Counted from the stretch's first letter, positions 6,321-14,218 are shown. The stretch is 15,858 nucleotides of DNA from Candidatus Heimdallarchaeota archaeon (GCA_048881705.1 JBHLSH010000084.1:1-15858), one strand, 5' to 3'. Translations and numbers: made by a program. The notes: generated from the sequence alone by a model not told the origin.

Positions 6321-8723
6321 ATGAAATCCTTCCATAACCTAAACTATTATAGGGAAGCGATCAAAAATAACCGAAGGGTTGTTGCTTTACTAATAGCAGC
6401 CTCAATAACAATCCCTCTATTCGTTTTTACAGCTTTACCTCCAATAGAGATTGAGACAGAGATTGAACGAGAATCCGAAGTTGAAATAACGACCCCCATT
6501 GTTGTTGAGACGCCCGTTCAGGTAAATCTTTCCGCTGGTGATCCTGTCTTTCTTTCGTCTCAACCTCCACCTTCTCTCATAGATTCGGATATCGTCATCT
6601 GTGTCGACGAATCAGGAAGTATGGGTTTAGGGGGGAAGATGGACATTACAAAAGCAGCTATTCTAAGATTACTGAACTTGCTCAATCAAACGAATCGGAT
6701 TATTCTCTCTAATGGAGAATACCTAGTGAAAGACCGTGTGGCTCTTACATCGTTCCAAACAGCAATTAATGATTATAACTGGCTAGATGATGCTGAAATT
6801 GATACAGAATTAAACTTTGTAAGCAATAATTCTCATCTTGAGAATATTTCTCTTGAAGTTCAATCTCTTGGAACAAATGGTGGTACAGACATCTGGGCTG
6901 GTCTGAATAAATCGCTCGAAGTACTTCTAAATGAAAACAACCAAAGAAACGTCCCTACCCTAAAATCCATTATCCTTCTAACAGACGGAGAGCATCAATC
7001 TGGACCTTGGGGGAATGAAGTTGACAATAAAGTGGCAAATTACATTGAATTGTTCAGTCAAAACGATTCGACAGACGATAATCCCCTATACATATACTCA
7101 CAAAGCCCAATCAAGGTTGCAAGAGAAAATGGGGTAAAAATCTATAGTGTAGGTATTAGAGGGGACACTCCAGATTATGACGCGGATTTTTTGAGGGGAA
7201 TTTCCCTTAATAAGACCTTTGGGGCCAATGGTGACTTCTTTTGGGGAAACGATACGTTAAGTCTCTCTGAAAGTTTTCTCAAGGCCAAAGATGGGGCTTC
7301 AGGCTGGGCTGAACTTGAATATAAGAACGATACGGTTATTACAGCAAACGGATCCCAAGAAATCTTTTCCCTAAATGTTAACAGCAGTATACGAAAATTG
7401 AAGTATGATTTAAATTGGAATGATACTTCAGTCAGTTTTAATCTTTCGGTTGGCCAGCCAAATGGCTCAATATTCACTATCCCTCCAGGTGGGGAAGAGA
7501 TACCAAAGAATGTAATAATCATTTCAGATCAATTACCAAAATCTATCGTCATTGATTTCCCAACGAATGGCACATGGCAATTTAATATCACCGCTGCGGG
7601 GGTTCCAGTATCAGGAGAACTTATAAAAGCGCGAATTTCCTCCTATAACCCACCTATCTTTATCGAGTCAGTTACTGAGTTAAAGGAAGGAGAATCGCCT
7701 GTAGAGGCAAAAATCCTTTATACTATAGGCAACGTTAAGAACGGTACGAACTCTGTAAATAATTCTGTCTACTTTGAACTGAATGTAACTAATAAGAACC
7801 CATTGTTTTCTTTTCATAATATCACTCCAAGTTTAATTGGACTGGTCCACGAAAACGTCACCTATACCTGGACGCCATCGGTGGTGGAGAATTTATCAAT
7901 CAAACAAACGGTTTCGTTCGTTCTTAATATTACACTTCTTAATCCGGTGTTATTCGAGGGAGACTTAAATTTCCGAGTCGACTGTGATGAAGGGTATTTT
8001 GATGCCTATAAACAGCCCGCAGCCTTTGGTTTTAGTGAAGAAACCAGATATGAATCAACGTTTATAACAACGCAGATTGTAGAGACTAGTAAGGTTTTGG
8101 AATATATACCACTGACCGAAGAATTCAATACACTCAAATGGATTGGCTTGATCATAACCTTGATAATATTGGTATCCTTTTCAGGAGTATACATTAAAGC
8201 ACAACAAGTTCGCATTCGGAACCTTGCCGTTAAGTTCAGATCTCGATTGTTTCCTGACCAATCAGTTTTGTCTGAAGCCCTTCAACGTGAAGGCATTGTA
8301 GTTTCACCCGCTCAGATGGATACCATTATGGTTGAAGCGGGAGATCTAGATCGCCTCGGAAAGGCCATATATGATTTGACAGGAAAACGCTTGTCAACTG
8401 ATGAATTAATACGAATAGCATCCGGTACCAATGTGGAAAAAATTGCACAGAGAATAAGTTTTACAACAGGTATTGCAGTAGAAGAGGTTTTATCCCAGTT
8501 ACATGAAGCCCAGAGTATCGATGAGCTAATTCAGCAGTTAAACCTAGATAAAGAACGCTTTCTGGACATTATTGCTCGTGATGAAGATGTCATGGACTTT
8601 CAAAGCAAAGTTAAAGGATTGATCGTCCCTAAACTACGGGTAAGCTCAGGCATAATAACCAATGAAGATTTAGATGTAATCAAGTTTCGATCACGGCTAA
8701 AAAAGGTCTATCGTCCCAAATAA
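6321..8723 (+). CDS. VWA-domain membrane protein with two membrane anchors, a large extracellular region and a ~170-aa cytoplasmic tail
   Basis: N-terminal hydrophobic helix (VVALLIAASITIPLFVFTAL). Intact MIDAS: IVICVDESGSMG, GGTDIWAGL, IILLTDGEH, then KIYSVGI. Beta-strand-rich region follows, then a second hydrophobic helix (WIGLIITLIILVSFSGVYI) and a helical charged tail. Confidence 0.88.
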   Translation: MKSFHNLNYYREAIKNNRRVVALLIAASITIPLFVFTALPPIEIETEIERESEVEITTPIVVETPVQVNLSAGDPVFLSSQPPPSLIDSDIVICVDESGSMGLGGKMDITKAAILRLLNLLNQTNRIILSNGEYLVKDRVALTSFQTAINDYNWLDDAEIDTELNFVSNNSHLENISLEVQSLGTNGGTDIWAGLNKSLEVLLNENNQRNVPTLKSIILLTDGEHQSGPWGNEVDNKVANYIELFSQNDSTDDNPLYIYSQSPIKVARENGVKIYSVGIRGDTPDYDADFLRGISLNKTFGANGDFFWGNDTLSLSESFLKAKDGASGWAELEYKNDTVITANGSQEIFSLNVNSSIRKLKYDLNWNDTSVSFNLSVGQPNGSIFTIPPGGEEIPKNVIIISDQLPKSIVIDFPTNGTWQFNITAAGVPVSGELIKARISSYNPPIFIESVTELKEGESPVEAKILYTIGNVKNGTNSVNNSVYFELNVTNKNPLFSFHNITPSLIGLVHENVTYTWTPSVVENLSIKQTVSFVLNITLLNPVLFEGDLNFRVDCDEGYFDAYKQPAAFGFSEETRYESTFITTQIVETSKVLEYIPLTEEFNTLKWIGLIITLIILVSFSGVYIKAQQVRIRNLAVKFRSRLFPDQSVLSEALQREGIVVSPAQMDTIMVEAGDLDRLGKAIYDLTGKRLSTDELIRIASGTNVEKIAQRISFTTGIAVEEVLSQLHEAQSIDELIQQLNLDKERFLDIIARDEDVMDFQSKVKGLIVPKLRVSSGIITNEDLDVIKFRSRLKKVYRPK

Positions 8724-8734
8724 CATGAATTCCT

Positions 8735-9670
8735 CTAAAGATTAATGATATTACTCTCTAGATATTGTTGTTGTCTTTCGTTAACCTCCCGAATGTTTGC
8801 AGACTCGTCCAAGGCGTGAATGATTGCTTCGGCGGCAGATTGGAAATCTTTCGCGCATTTCATCTGATTAAACAACGAATCAATAGTGGGGAGTTGGAAT
8901 TGGCTTGAAATCTTACTGAATTGTGGATCTTCGCTGATTTTCCCTAGAATCGGAATCGCATATTCCTCCTCAATTTGATCGAACCAGCGGTCATAAAGAA
9001 CCTTCTCGGATACTTGATTAAGGATTAAACCGTTTAGTTTTAAACCAGGCCTTGCTACAACATCCAATTTGGGAAGAAAATCTTGGAGAGTCCGAATCTC
9101 CTGGGCTACCTCTGTATACTTCGGCTTATTACAATCAATAACGCCAATAACAAGGTTTGAATTCAATAATGCGGGAATAAATGAGTTACTTTGGACTCTC
9201 TGCGTTACTTCGAGTGGGGGGAGATCGTAGAGAAGATACTGGCACCCTTCCTTTTCAATTAATTTTGAGATTTCCCATATCAGCTTGTTTAGTCCAACAA
9301 CATCAGATTTAGTCAACATAGTCGTTGTTCCCCTTGGAAACAAAGGGATTATGAAAAATAACGGCGATTTTGTATCTTTGTGGGCAAATTTAGATGGAAA
9401 ACTACATTTAGACCAATCAGGTTCACTTGAAGCACTCATTTCCTCTGTAAGGGAGGTAAGCTCTCCCATCCGCATCAGAATTTTGTCTGACGCGAAAAAT
9501 TGCAGAGTAGAGTACATACTGGAAAAATCAAAGATACATGCAATAGGGAAATCAGGGCGTGCGTCCTCTTTCTCTTTGATGGTATATTTTATCATTTCAT
9601 ATCCAATAGACGCAAACACTGGTGTCTGTGTTGCAGTTGTGCCAGTTGAAATGAAGGAAATACCAAACAT
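8735..9670 (-). CDS. MinD/ParA-family P-loop fold protein with a degenerate Walker A (probable pseudo-ATPase)
   Basis: Colinear with MinD by eye: ISFISTGTTATQTP (Walker A position), CIFDFSS (switch I position), YLLYDLPP (Walker B), ALLNSNLVIGVID, LNGLILNQV, IPILGKISEDPQF. RBS-like GAGTGGA upstream of ATG 9670. Confidence 0.75.
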   Translation of the reverse strand: MFGISFISTGTTATQTPVFASIGYEMIKYTIKEKEDARPDFPIACIFDFSSMYSTLQFFASDKILMRMGELTSLTEEMSASSEPDWSKCSFPSKFAHKDTKSPLFFIIPLFPRGTTTMLTKSDVVGLNKLIWEISKLIEKEGCQYLLYDLPPLEVTQRVQSNSFIPALLNSNLVIGVIDCNKPKYTEVAQEIRTLQDFLPKLDVVARPGLKLNGLILNQVSEKVLYDRWFDQIEEEYAIPILGKISEDPQFSKISSQFQLPTIDSLFNQMKCAKDFQSAAEAIIHALDESANIREVNERQQQYLESNIINL

Positions 9671-9888
9671 GAATTTCCACTCAGGGAAGAACTCTCAAAA
9701 TTCTATTTTTCAAGTTAACTGTCCATTGGGTTAATAAAAACCTCATTCATAATAAACACGAATGAGCAATAACAGTTGGAAGAGTCCCTCTGTGATATAT
9801 AACTACCTGGAAATATTCCAATCTCCAACCCACTGTTTTTAAGGCCCAAAAATTACGGGCGATAACCTATCAATTGTTTTAGGTTTTG

Positions 9889-11631
9889 ATGATTATGGAA
9901 GATCAGCTATGGCATAAGTTTAAATGGCCAAAAACCGTGAAAAAAAGTCTAGAATATCCAAATGAGCCGCTTTTTCGCCTACTTGATAAAACTGCGTCAG
10001 TTTCTGGCAACTTCCCTTACCTCTTGTTTGAAGGAAGCCTCACCACTTTCAGAGAAACAAAAGATCATGCCGATCGGATTGCTACATTCCTTCATAAGCA
10101 GGGAATAAGAAAAGGGGATCGAATAGCTATTTTCCTACCGAATCTACCTCATTACCCAGCCATTTTCTTCGGTATTCTTAAGACTGGCGCGGTTGCAGTA
10201 ACTTGTAACCCTCATTATACGGCCTCCGAACTCAACTTCCAATTACGGGATTCAGGAGCACGAATGGTCTTCTGCATGGATCACAAGGAATATACTCCCA
10301 CCGCTTATAAGGCTGCAAAAGATACACAGGTTGAAAAGGTAGTTGTTTGCAGCGTGAGGCGTTTTCTCCCTAAAATGAAGAAAGTTCTGGGTTCTTCCCT
10401 AGGGATGATTCCCAAAAGTTCTACTTATCAAGAGGATATCACGGTCTTTTACGATGATGTCATTAAGGAGACGGAATCAGGCCTTCCATTGGTAGACATC
10501 GTTCCCCAAGATGACCTTGCCCTTATACTTTATACGGGCGGTACTACGGGGACCCCTAAGGGCGCTATGCTAACTCACAGTAATTTATATGCAAATATCC
10601 TACAACACGGGGAATACGTTCAATTTATAACGGAAGACTCTGATGAACCGCAACATTATCGATACGGTGAGGAGGTGCTGGTTGGGGCTCTTCCATGGTT
10701 TCATTCCTATGGCCTGACGCTCACCATGATGGTGGCGTTAGAGCATGCAGCTTCTGTTATTGTCATTCCTGATCCAAGGACAGGAAATCCACCATTATCT
10801 GATCTCCTAGCATTGATTCAAAAGCACAAGGCAACAGTCTTACATGCAGTACCAACGCTTCTTGCCGGGATGGTAAGTCACCCGCATCTAGATAAATACG
10901 ATCTTACTTCATTGATCGCTGTTGGATCCGGTGCAGCCCCACTTCCCCCTGAGCTAGGAAAACGGTTTGAGGATTTGACTGGATGCGTGATTTTTGAAGG
11001 TTATGGATTGACCGAAACCTCTCCCCAAACACATGCCAATCCTACCAATAAGGAGCTGCGTAAGTTCGGAACCGTCGGGTTTCCGATTCCTGATACCTTG
11101 GTAAAAATCGTGGATCTTGAAACGGGCAAAAAAGAGCTGCCTTTGGGAGAAGATGGAGAAATCGCCCTGGCTGGCCCACAAATCTTCAAGGGGTATTGGA
11201 ATCGTCCTGAACAGACAGAAGCGGTGTTTCGTAAACTTGATGGAATTAAATTCTTTCTCACAGGTGACATAGGGCACCTAGACGAGGAAGGATTTACGGT
11301 CATCACCGACCGTAAAAAAGATATGATAAACGTATCAGGGTTGAAAGCTTATCCTCGAGAAATAGAAGACATTCTCTTTGAACATCCGAAAGTTGAGCTC
11401 GCAGCAGTGATAGGACTGCCTCGTAAGAATGATCCTAGCAACGAGTACGTCAAAGCTTATATTGTTCTGCGTGAAGGAGCTAGCGCTAGCGAAGAAGAAA
11501 TTATAGAGTGGTGCAGGACACGGATGGCTGGGTACAAAAGGCCACGTGAGGTTGAATTTCGAGATGAGCTACCCATGAGCGCAGTGGGAAAAGTACTTCG
11601 GCGGGTTCTTCGTGATGAGGTTCTGTCCTAA
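9889..11631 (+). CDS. fadD: Long-chain fatty-acid--CoA ligase (ANL/AMP-binding family)
   Basis: YTGGTTGTPKGAMLTH, LPWFHSYG, EGYGLTETSP, TGDIG, DRKKDMINVSGLKAYPREIEDIL and LPMSAVGKVLRR motifs. Start is ATG 9889 or 9895. Confidence 0.93.
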   Translation: MIMEDQLWHKFKWPKTVKKSLEYPNEPLFRLLDKTASVSGNFPYLLFEGSLTTFRETKDHADRIATFLHKQGIRKGDRIAIFLPNLPHYPAIFFGILKTGAVAVTCNPHYTASELNFQLRDSGARMVFCMDHKEYTPTAYKAAKDTQVEKVVVCSVRRFLPKMKKVLGSSLGMIPKSSTYQEDITVFYDDVIKETESGLPLVDIVPQDDLALILYTGGTTGTPKGAMLTHSNLYANILQHGEYVQFITEDSDEPQHYRYGEEVLVGALPWFHSYGLTLTMMVALEHAASVIVIPDPRTGNPPLSDLLALIQKHKATVLHAVPTLLAGMVSHPHLDKYDLTSLIAVGSGAAPLPPELGKRFEDLTGCVIFEGYGLTETSPQTHANPTNKELRKFGTVGFPIPDTLVKIVDLETGKKELPLGEDGEIALAGPQIFKGYWNRPEQTEAVFRKLDGIKFFLTGDIGHLDEEGFTVITDRKKDMINVSGLKAYPREIEDILFEHPKVELAAVIGLPRKNDPSNEYVKAYIVLREGASASEEEIIEWCRTRMAGYKRPREVEFRDELPMSAVGKVLRRVLRDEVLS

Positions 11632-11678
11632 TCCGTAAACAACCCCCCGATTTGGGTCTAAAGAAAACAGGGACTCCC

Positions 11679-12206
11679 ATGCCAGCTACTCTGCGTTTTA
11701 TTTTGATTTATAGGGAGGACGGTATCCCCATTTATGCCAAATGTTATACTGAATTTTGTTCAAGTCTCTTTACGGATACTGCCAGACTGACAAGTTTCCT
11801 TTCTTCCTTGGAGATTATGTCCAGGAAGGTAAGCGGGAATCAACCGATTTCATCAATGCTAATGGGGAATATAACAATTAAATTCTTTAAATCTCTCCCT
11901 TCATGTCATAGCGTTGTCTTGGGTTTAGAGTCACACAATGAGGAGCTCTTTGACGGGTTATTTCAGGCCATCTCAATTCTTCTGGAACAAAAATATCCAG
12001 ATAAAGATTGGTCAATTGTAGACCGAGCCTTCAACGCAGAATTCAGCAGTTCTATTGTTAAGAACGCATTAATGCCCGTTTTTCATGGTTTTGAAATAAC
12101 TCATGATGAATGTGAACTGGGAACTGCATGTCCTCTGTATATAATAGGTTCCCTGAACAAGGGGGATAAGTCGATTTGGAAGCTCCTTAAAGAGCATACG
12201 AAATAA
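11679..12206 (+). CDS. Longin-like domain protein with a C-terminal His/Cys extension
   Basis: From ATG 11679 the pattern fits the longin order b1-b2-a1-b3-b4-b5-a2-a3: LRFILIY-REDG-IPIYAKCY; TARLTSFLSSLEIMSRKVSG; ISSMLMG-NITIKFFK-HSVVLGLE; NEELFDGLFQAISILLEQKY; DRAFNAEFSSSIVKN. The 'I...dG.PIY...D..L...FLSAL....V.G..I..i.mG' signature is typical of Asgard longin-like proteins. Fold assigned by eye. Confidence 0.72.
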   Translation: MPATLRFILIYREDGIPIYAKCYTEFCSSLFTDTARLTSFLSSLEIMSRKVSGNQPISSMLMGNITIKFFKSLPSCHSVVLGLESHNEELFDGLFQAISILLEQKYPDKDWSIVDRAFNAEFSSSIVKNALMPVFHGFEITHDECELGTACPLYIIGSLNKGDKSIWKLLKEHTK

Positions 12207-12264
12207 TCCAACTAAGACCTCAAATGGTTTGGCTGAATATACAATATAGTGCAAGTCTCACCAG

Positions 12265-12300
12265 ATCCAAAATCGTTTACTAACCTTTTGGATGTTTTTC
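12265..12300 (+). terminator. Possible terminator or hairpin after the fadD-longin unit
   Basis: ATCCAAAA (12265-12272) and TTTTGGAT (12286-12293) form an 8-bp inverted repeat followed by GTTTTTC. Confidence 0.3.
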
Positions 12301-12599
12301 TGTTGGAATACCAAATTCGCATGATTAGCAAATTAAGGGGACAGATTCACCTCGACATCTCCGTGACAACGCGGTTTTTATTTGTTACACGAAATAAGAA
12401 AAGGTAAAACTTGTAAGTTTCTTTCTGATTCCAATTTAATTTGATTTAGGTAAATAAAATGACTACATTAACGGCGAAAAAGGGCGCCAACATTTCCAGA
12501 TTTTACGAGTGGTCTCAATACTTTTGATTGATCGATCCCCTTAAATAAGTAATCAGGCTGTTTAAAGGGTATTGTCAAAAACGCACAGAGGCCTTTTTA

Positions 12600-13766
12600 A
12601 TGAAAACTGGAAATTTTAATGCCTTTTTCATCGTTTTTTGGTTATCTTTAACTCTTTCTTGGTTGCTACCAAGTGCTGGTTGGATTGCCGCTCATAATTA
12701 CCGGTTTTTGCCTAAGGAGAACTATAAAATTGGCCAGAAAGCAGATTTGGTTACATTCACACCCGTAGGATCATACAGTCCACTGGACACCCCTGTGGAT
12801 GTCAAGATCTACGGGAATTTAGCTTTTATCGCGGACTTTTATTCGGGAATGAGAGTCTTAAATGTTTCTAATCCAACCAATTTATCACTTACCAGCACCT
12901 ATGACACGTCTGGCAACGCATGGGCAGTTGAGATTATTGAGAATCAGGCGTTTGTAGCTGATTCGTGGTCAGGATTAATCATCTTAAATATCACGGATCC
13001 GCTCAACCTCTCAAAGATCGGATCCTATGTTACGCCCAACATATTCGCTGTTGATGTTTTAGTTTCAGGCGAATTTGCTTATATAGCAGACCTCACAGGA
13101 GGATTACAGATAGTGAATATCATAGATCCGACCAATCCTACCTATACAGGGTCATATGACACCCCTGGAGATGCTCGAGCTGTGGCAATTGCGGGTGATT
13201 ATGTATTTGTCGCTGATGATGAGGCGGGAATGACAATAATTGATGTTGCGGATCCGACCAGTCCTTCATTGGTAACGTCATACGATATACCTGGCCGTGC
13301 TTATGGAATCGCTATTGTCCGCGAATATGCTTTTATTGCAGATTACGATAATGGGTTGCAAATAGTGAGTATAACTGATCCAACCAACCCTGTTTACGCA
13401 GGATCATGTAAAACTTCCGGAAAGGCTTATGATGTTGTCATTGAAAGTGATTTTGCGTTTATTCCCGATAGTCTCTGGGGATTATGGGCAATAGATATCA
13501 TTGATCCGGAAATCGCCTCCTATGCAGGTTCATGTGACACCCCCGGGGAAGCTTTTTCAGTGGCAATTACAGGGAAATATGCGTTTATCGGTTATTCTGG
13601 CGGCGATACTACGCCAGGGTTACAGGTTTACCAGATCAATTATTCGCCTAGACCAACAACCAGCTTGACCTCAGGCTGGACTTTAACATTCTTTGTTTTG
13701 ACATTAATGACATTAGTATTTGGAAAAAGTAAAAAGATGATTCAAAAAAACAAAAAAGAAACATAG
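12600..13766 (+). CDS. Secreted or surface LVIVD-repeat beta-propeller protein with a C-terminal anchor
   Basis: N-terminal signal-like segment (FFIVFWLSLTLSWLLPSAG), seven ~42-aa LVIVD repeats, then PTTSLT-SGW-TLTFFVLTLMTLVFG-KSKK (Thr-rich linker, hydrophobic helix, basic tail). Confidence 0.92.
   Translation: MKTGNFNAFFIVFWLSLTLSWLLPSAGWIAAHNYRFLPKENYKIGQKADLVTFTPVGSYSPLDTPVDVKIYGNLAFIADFYSGMRVLNVSNPTNLSLTSTYDTSGNAWAVEIIENQAFVADSWSGLIILNITDPLNLSKIGSYVTPNIFAVDVLVSGEFAYIADLTGGLQIVNIIDPTNPTYTGSYDTPGDARAVAIAGDYVFVADDEAGMTIIDVADPTSPSLVTSYDIPGRAYGIAIVREYAFIADYDNGLQIVSITDPTNPVYAGSCKTSGKAYDVVIESDFAFIPDSLWGLWAIDIIDPEIASYAGSCDTPGEAFSVAITGKYAFIGYSGGDTTPGLQVYQINYSPRPTTSLTSGWTLTFFVLTLMTLVFGKSKKMIQKNKKET
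12753..13637 (+). repeat. Seven tandem LVIVD repeats (~126 bp, 42 aa each) within the CDS
   Basis: Consensus G-S-Y-D-T-P-G-x-A-x-x-V-x-I-x-G-x-Y-A-F-I-A-D-x-x-x-G-L-x-I-I-D/N-I-x-D-P-T-N occurs 7 times. Confidence 0.92.
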
Positions 13767-13849
13767 GGCGGTATGGATATATCTTTGGACCCAATAGACG
13801 AAAAACGTAACATCGAGAATTTAAATGTGAGCTCTTCAGAGTTGGCATT

Positions 13850-14218
13850 ATGAAAAATCCAAGACTTGGGGTAGAAATCCCCGTACTCAATCTGAAAGAA
13901 GCTCAAAAGTTCTACGAATCCGTTTTTGGATGGGAACCAGCACGTGTAATGGATGATCCAAAAGGTGGAATTTGGTACAATTTCAATGAGTTTACAGAGT
14001 TTCATCTATTTCAAACCGAGAAAGCCCGCCCAAAGGGCCTGAACGTTGGTATCGAGGTTGATGATGTTAGAAAAACCCTAGAGAAAGTCAAGACAGCGGG
14101 TGGACAAGTCACCAAGGAAGCATTTGAGTACAGTGATGGTGATATGACTGGCGTTGTTGGTCTTTTTAAAGATCCGACTGGAAATGAACTCTCTCTGATG
14201 GGCTTACCCGATCGTTAA
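13850..14218 (+). CDS. VOC-family (glyoxalase/bleomycin-resistance-like) protein
   Basis: EIPVLNLKEAQKFYESVFGW, IEVDDVRKTLEKVKTAGG and FKDPTGNELSL are standard VOC motifs. TTTAAAT lies about 25-30 bp upstream. Confidence 0.9.
   Translation: MKNPRLGVEIPVLNLKEAQKFYESVFGWEPARVMDDPKGGIWYNFNEFTEFHLFQTEKARPKGLNVGIEVDDVRKTLEKVKTAGGQVTKEAFEYSDGDMTGVVGLFKDPTGNELSLMGLPDR

Noticed and set aside
6321-9670. Annotating the VWA and MinD-like genes as tadG/tadZ of a Tad pilus locus
   Set aside because: No pilin, secretion ATPase, TadB/C or receiver domain in the window, and the genes are convergent. Kept only as an analogy.
8735-9670. Calling the MinD-like gene a pseudogene
   Set aside because: Full-length uninterrupted 311-codon frame, RBS present, and the structural motifs outside the P-loop are preserved.
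4116-9881. Identical 11-mer CAATTGTTTTA in the SCP2/aor promoter (4116-4126) and just before fadD (9871-9881), suggesting a shared operator
   Set aside because: One AT-rich 11-mer shared among more than 1 kb of AT-rich intergenic DNA is expected by chance, and the positions relative to the starts differ.
7175-11306. ORFs 7175-7522, 8006-8215, 9285-9734, 10954-11277 and 11001-11306
   Set aside because: Antisense shadows of the VWA, MinD-like and fadD genes; no independent evidence.
13101-13391. DNA-level similarity between LVIVD repeats (13101-13139 versus 13353-13391, 30/39 identical, 252-bp offset), suggesting recent duplication or a diversity-generating mechanism
   Set aside because: Most mismatches are at synonymous third positions, so the similarity is explained by protein conservation. 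No reverse transcriptase or template repeat is present.
12069-14005. ORFs 12069-12254, 13648-13890 and 13742-14005, plus 22-28 codon mini-ORFs in 12207-12599
   Set aside because: They overlap better-supported genes or are too short, with no RBS or motif support.
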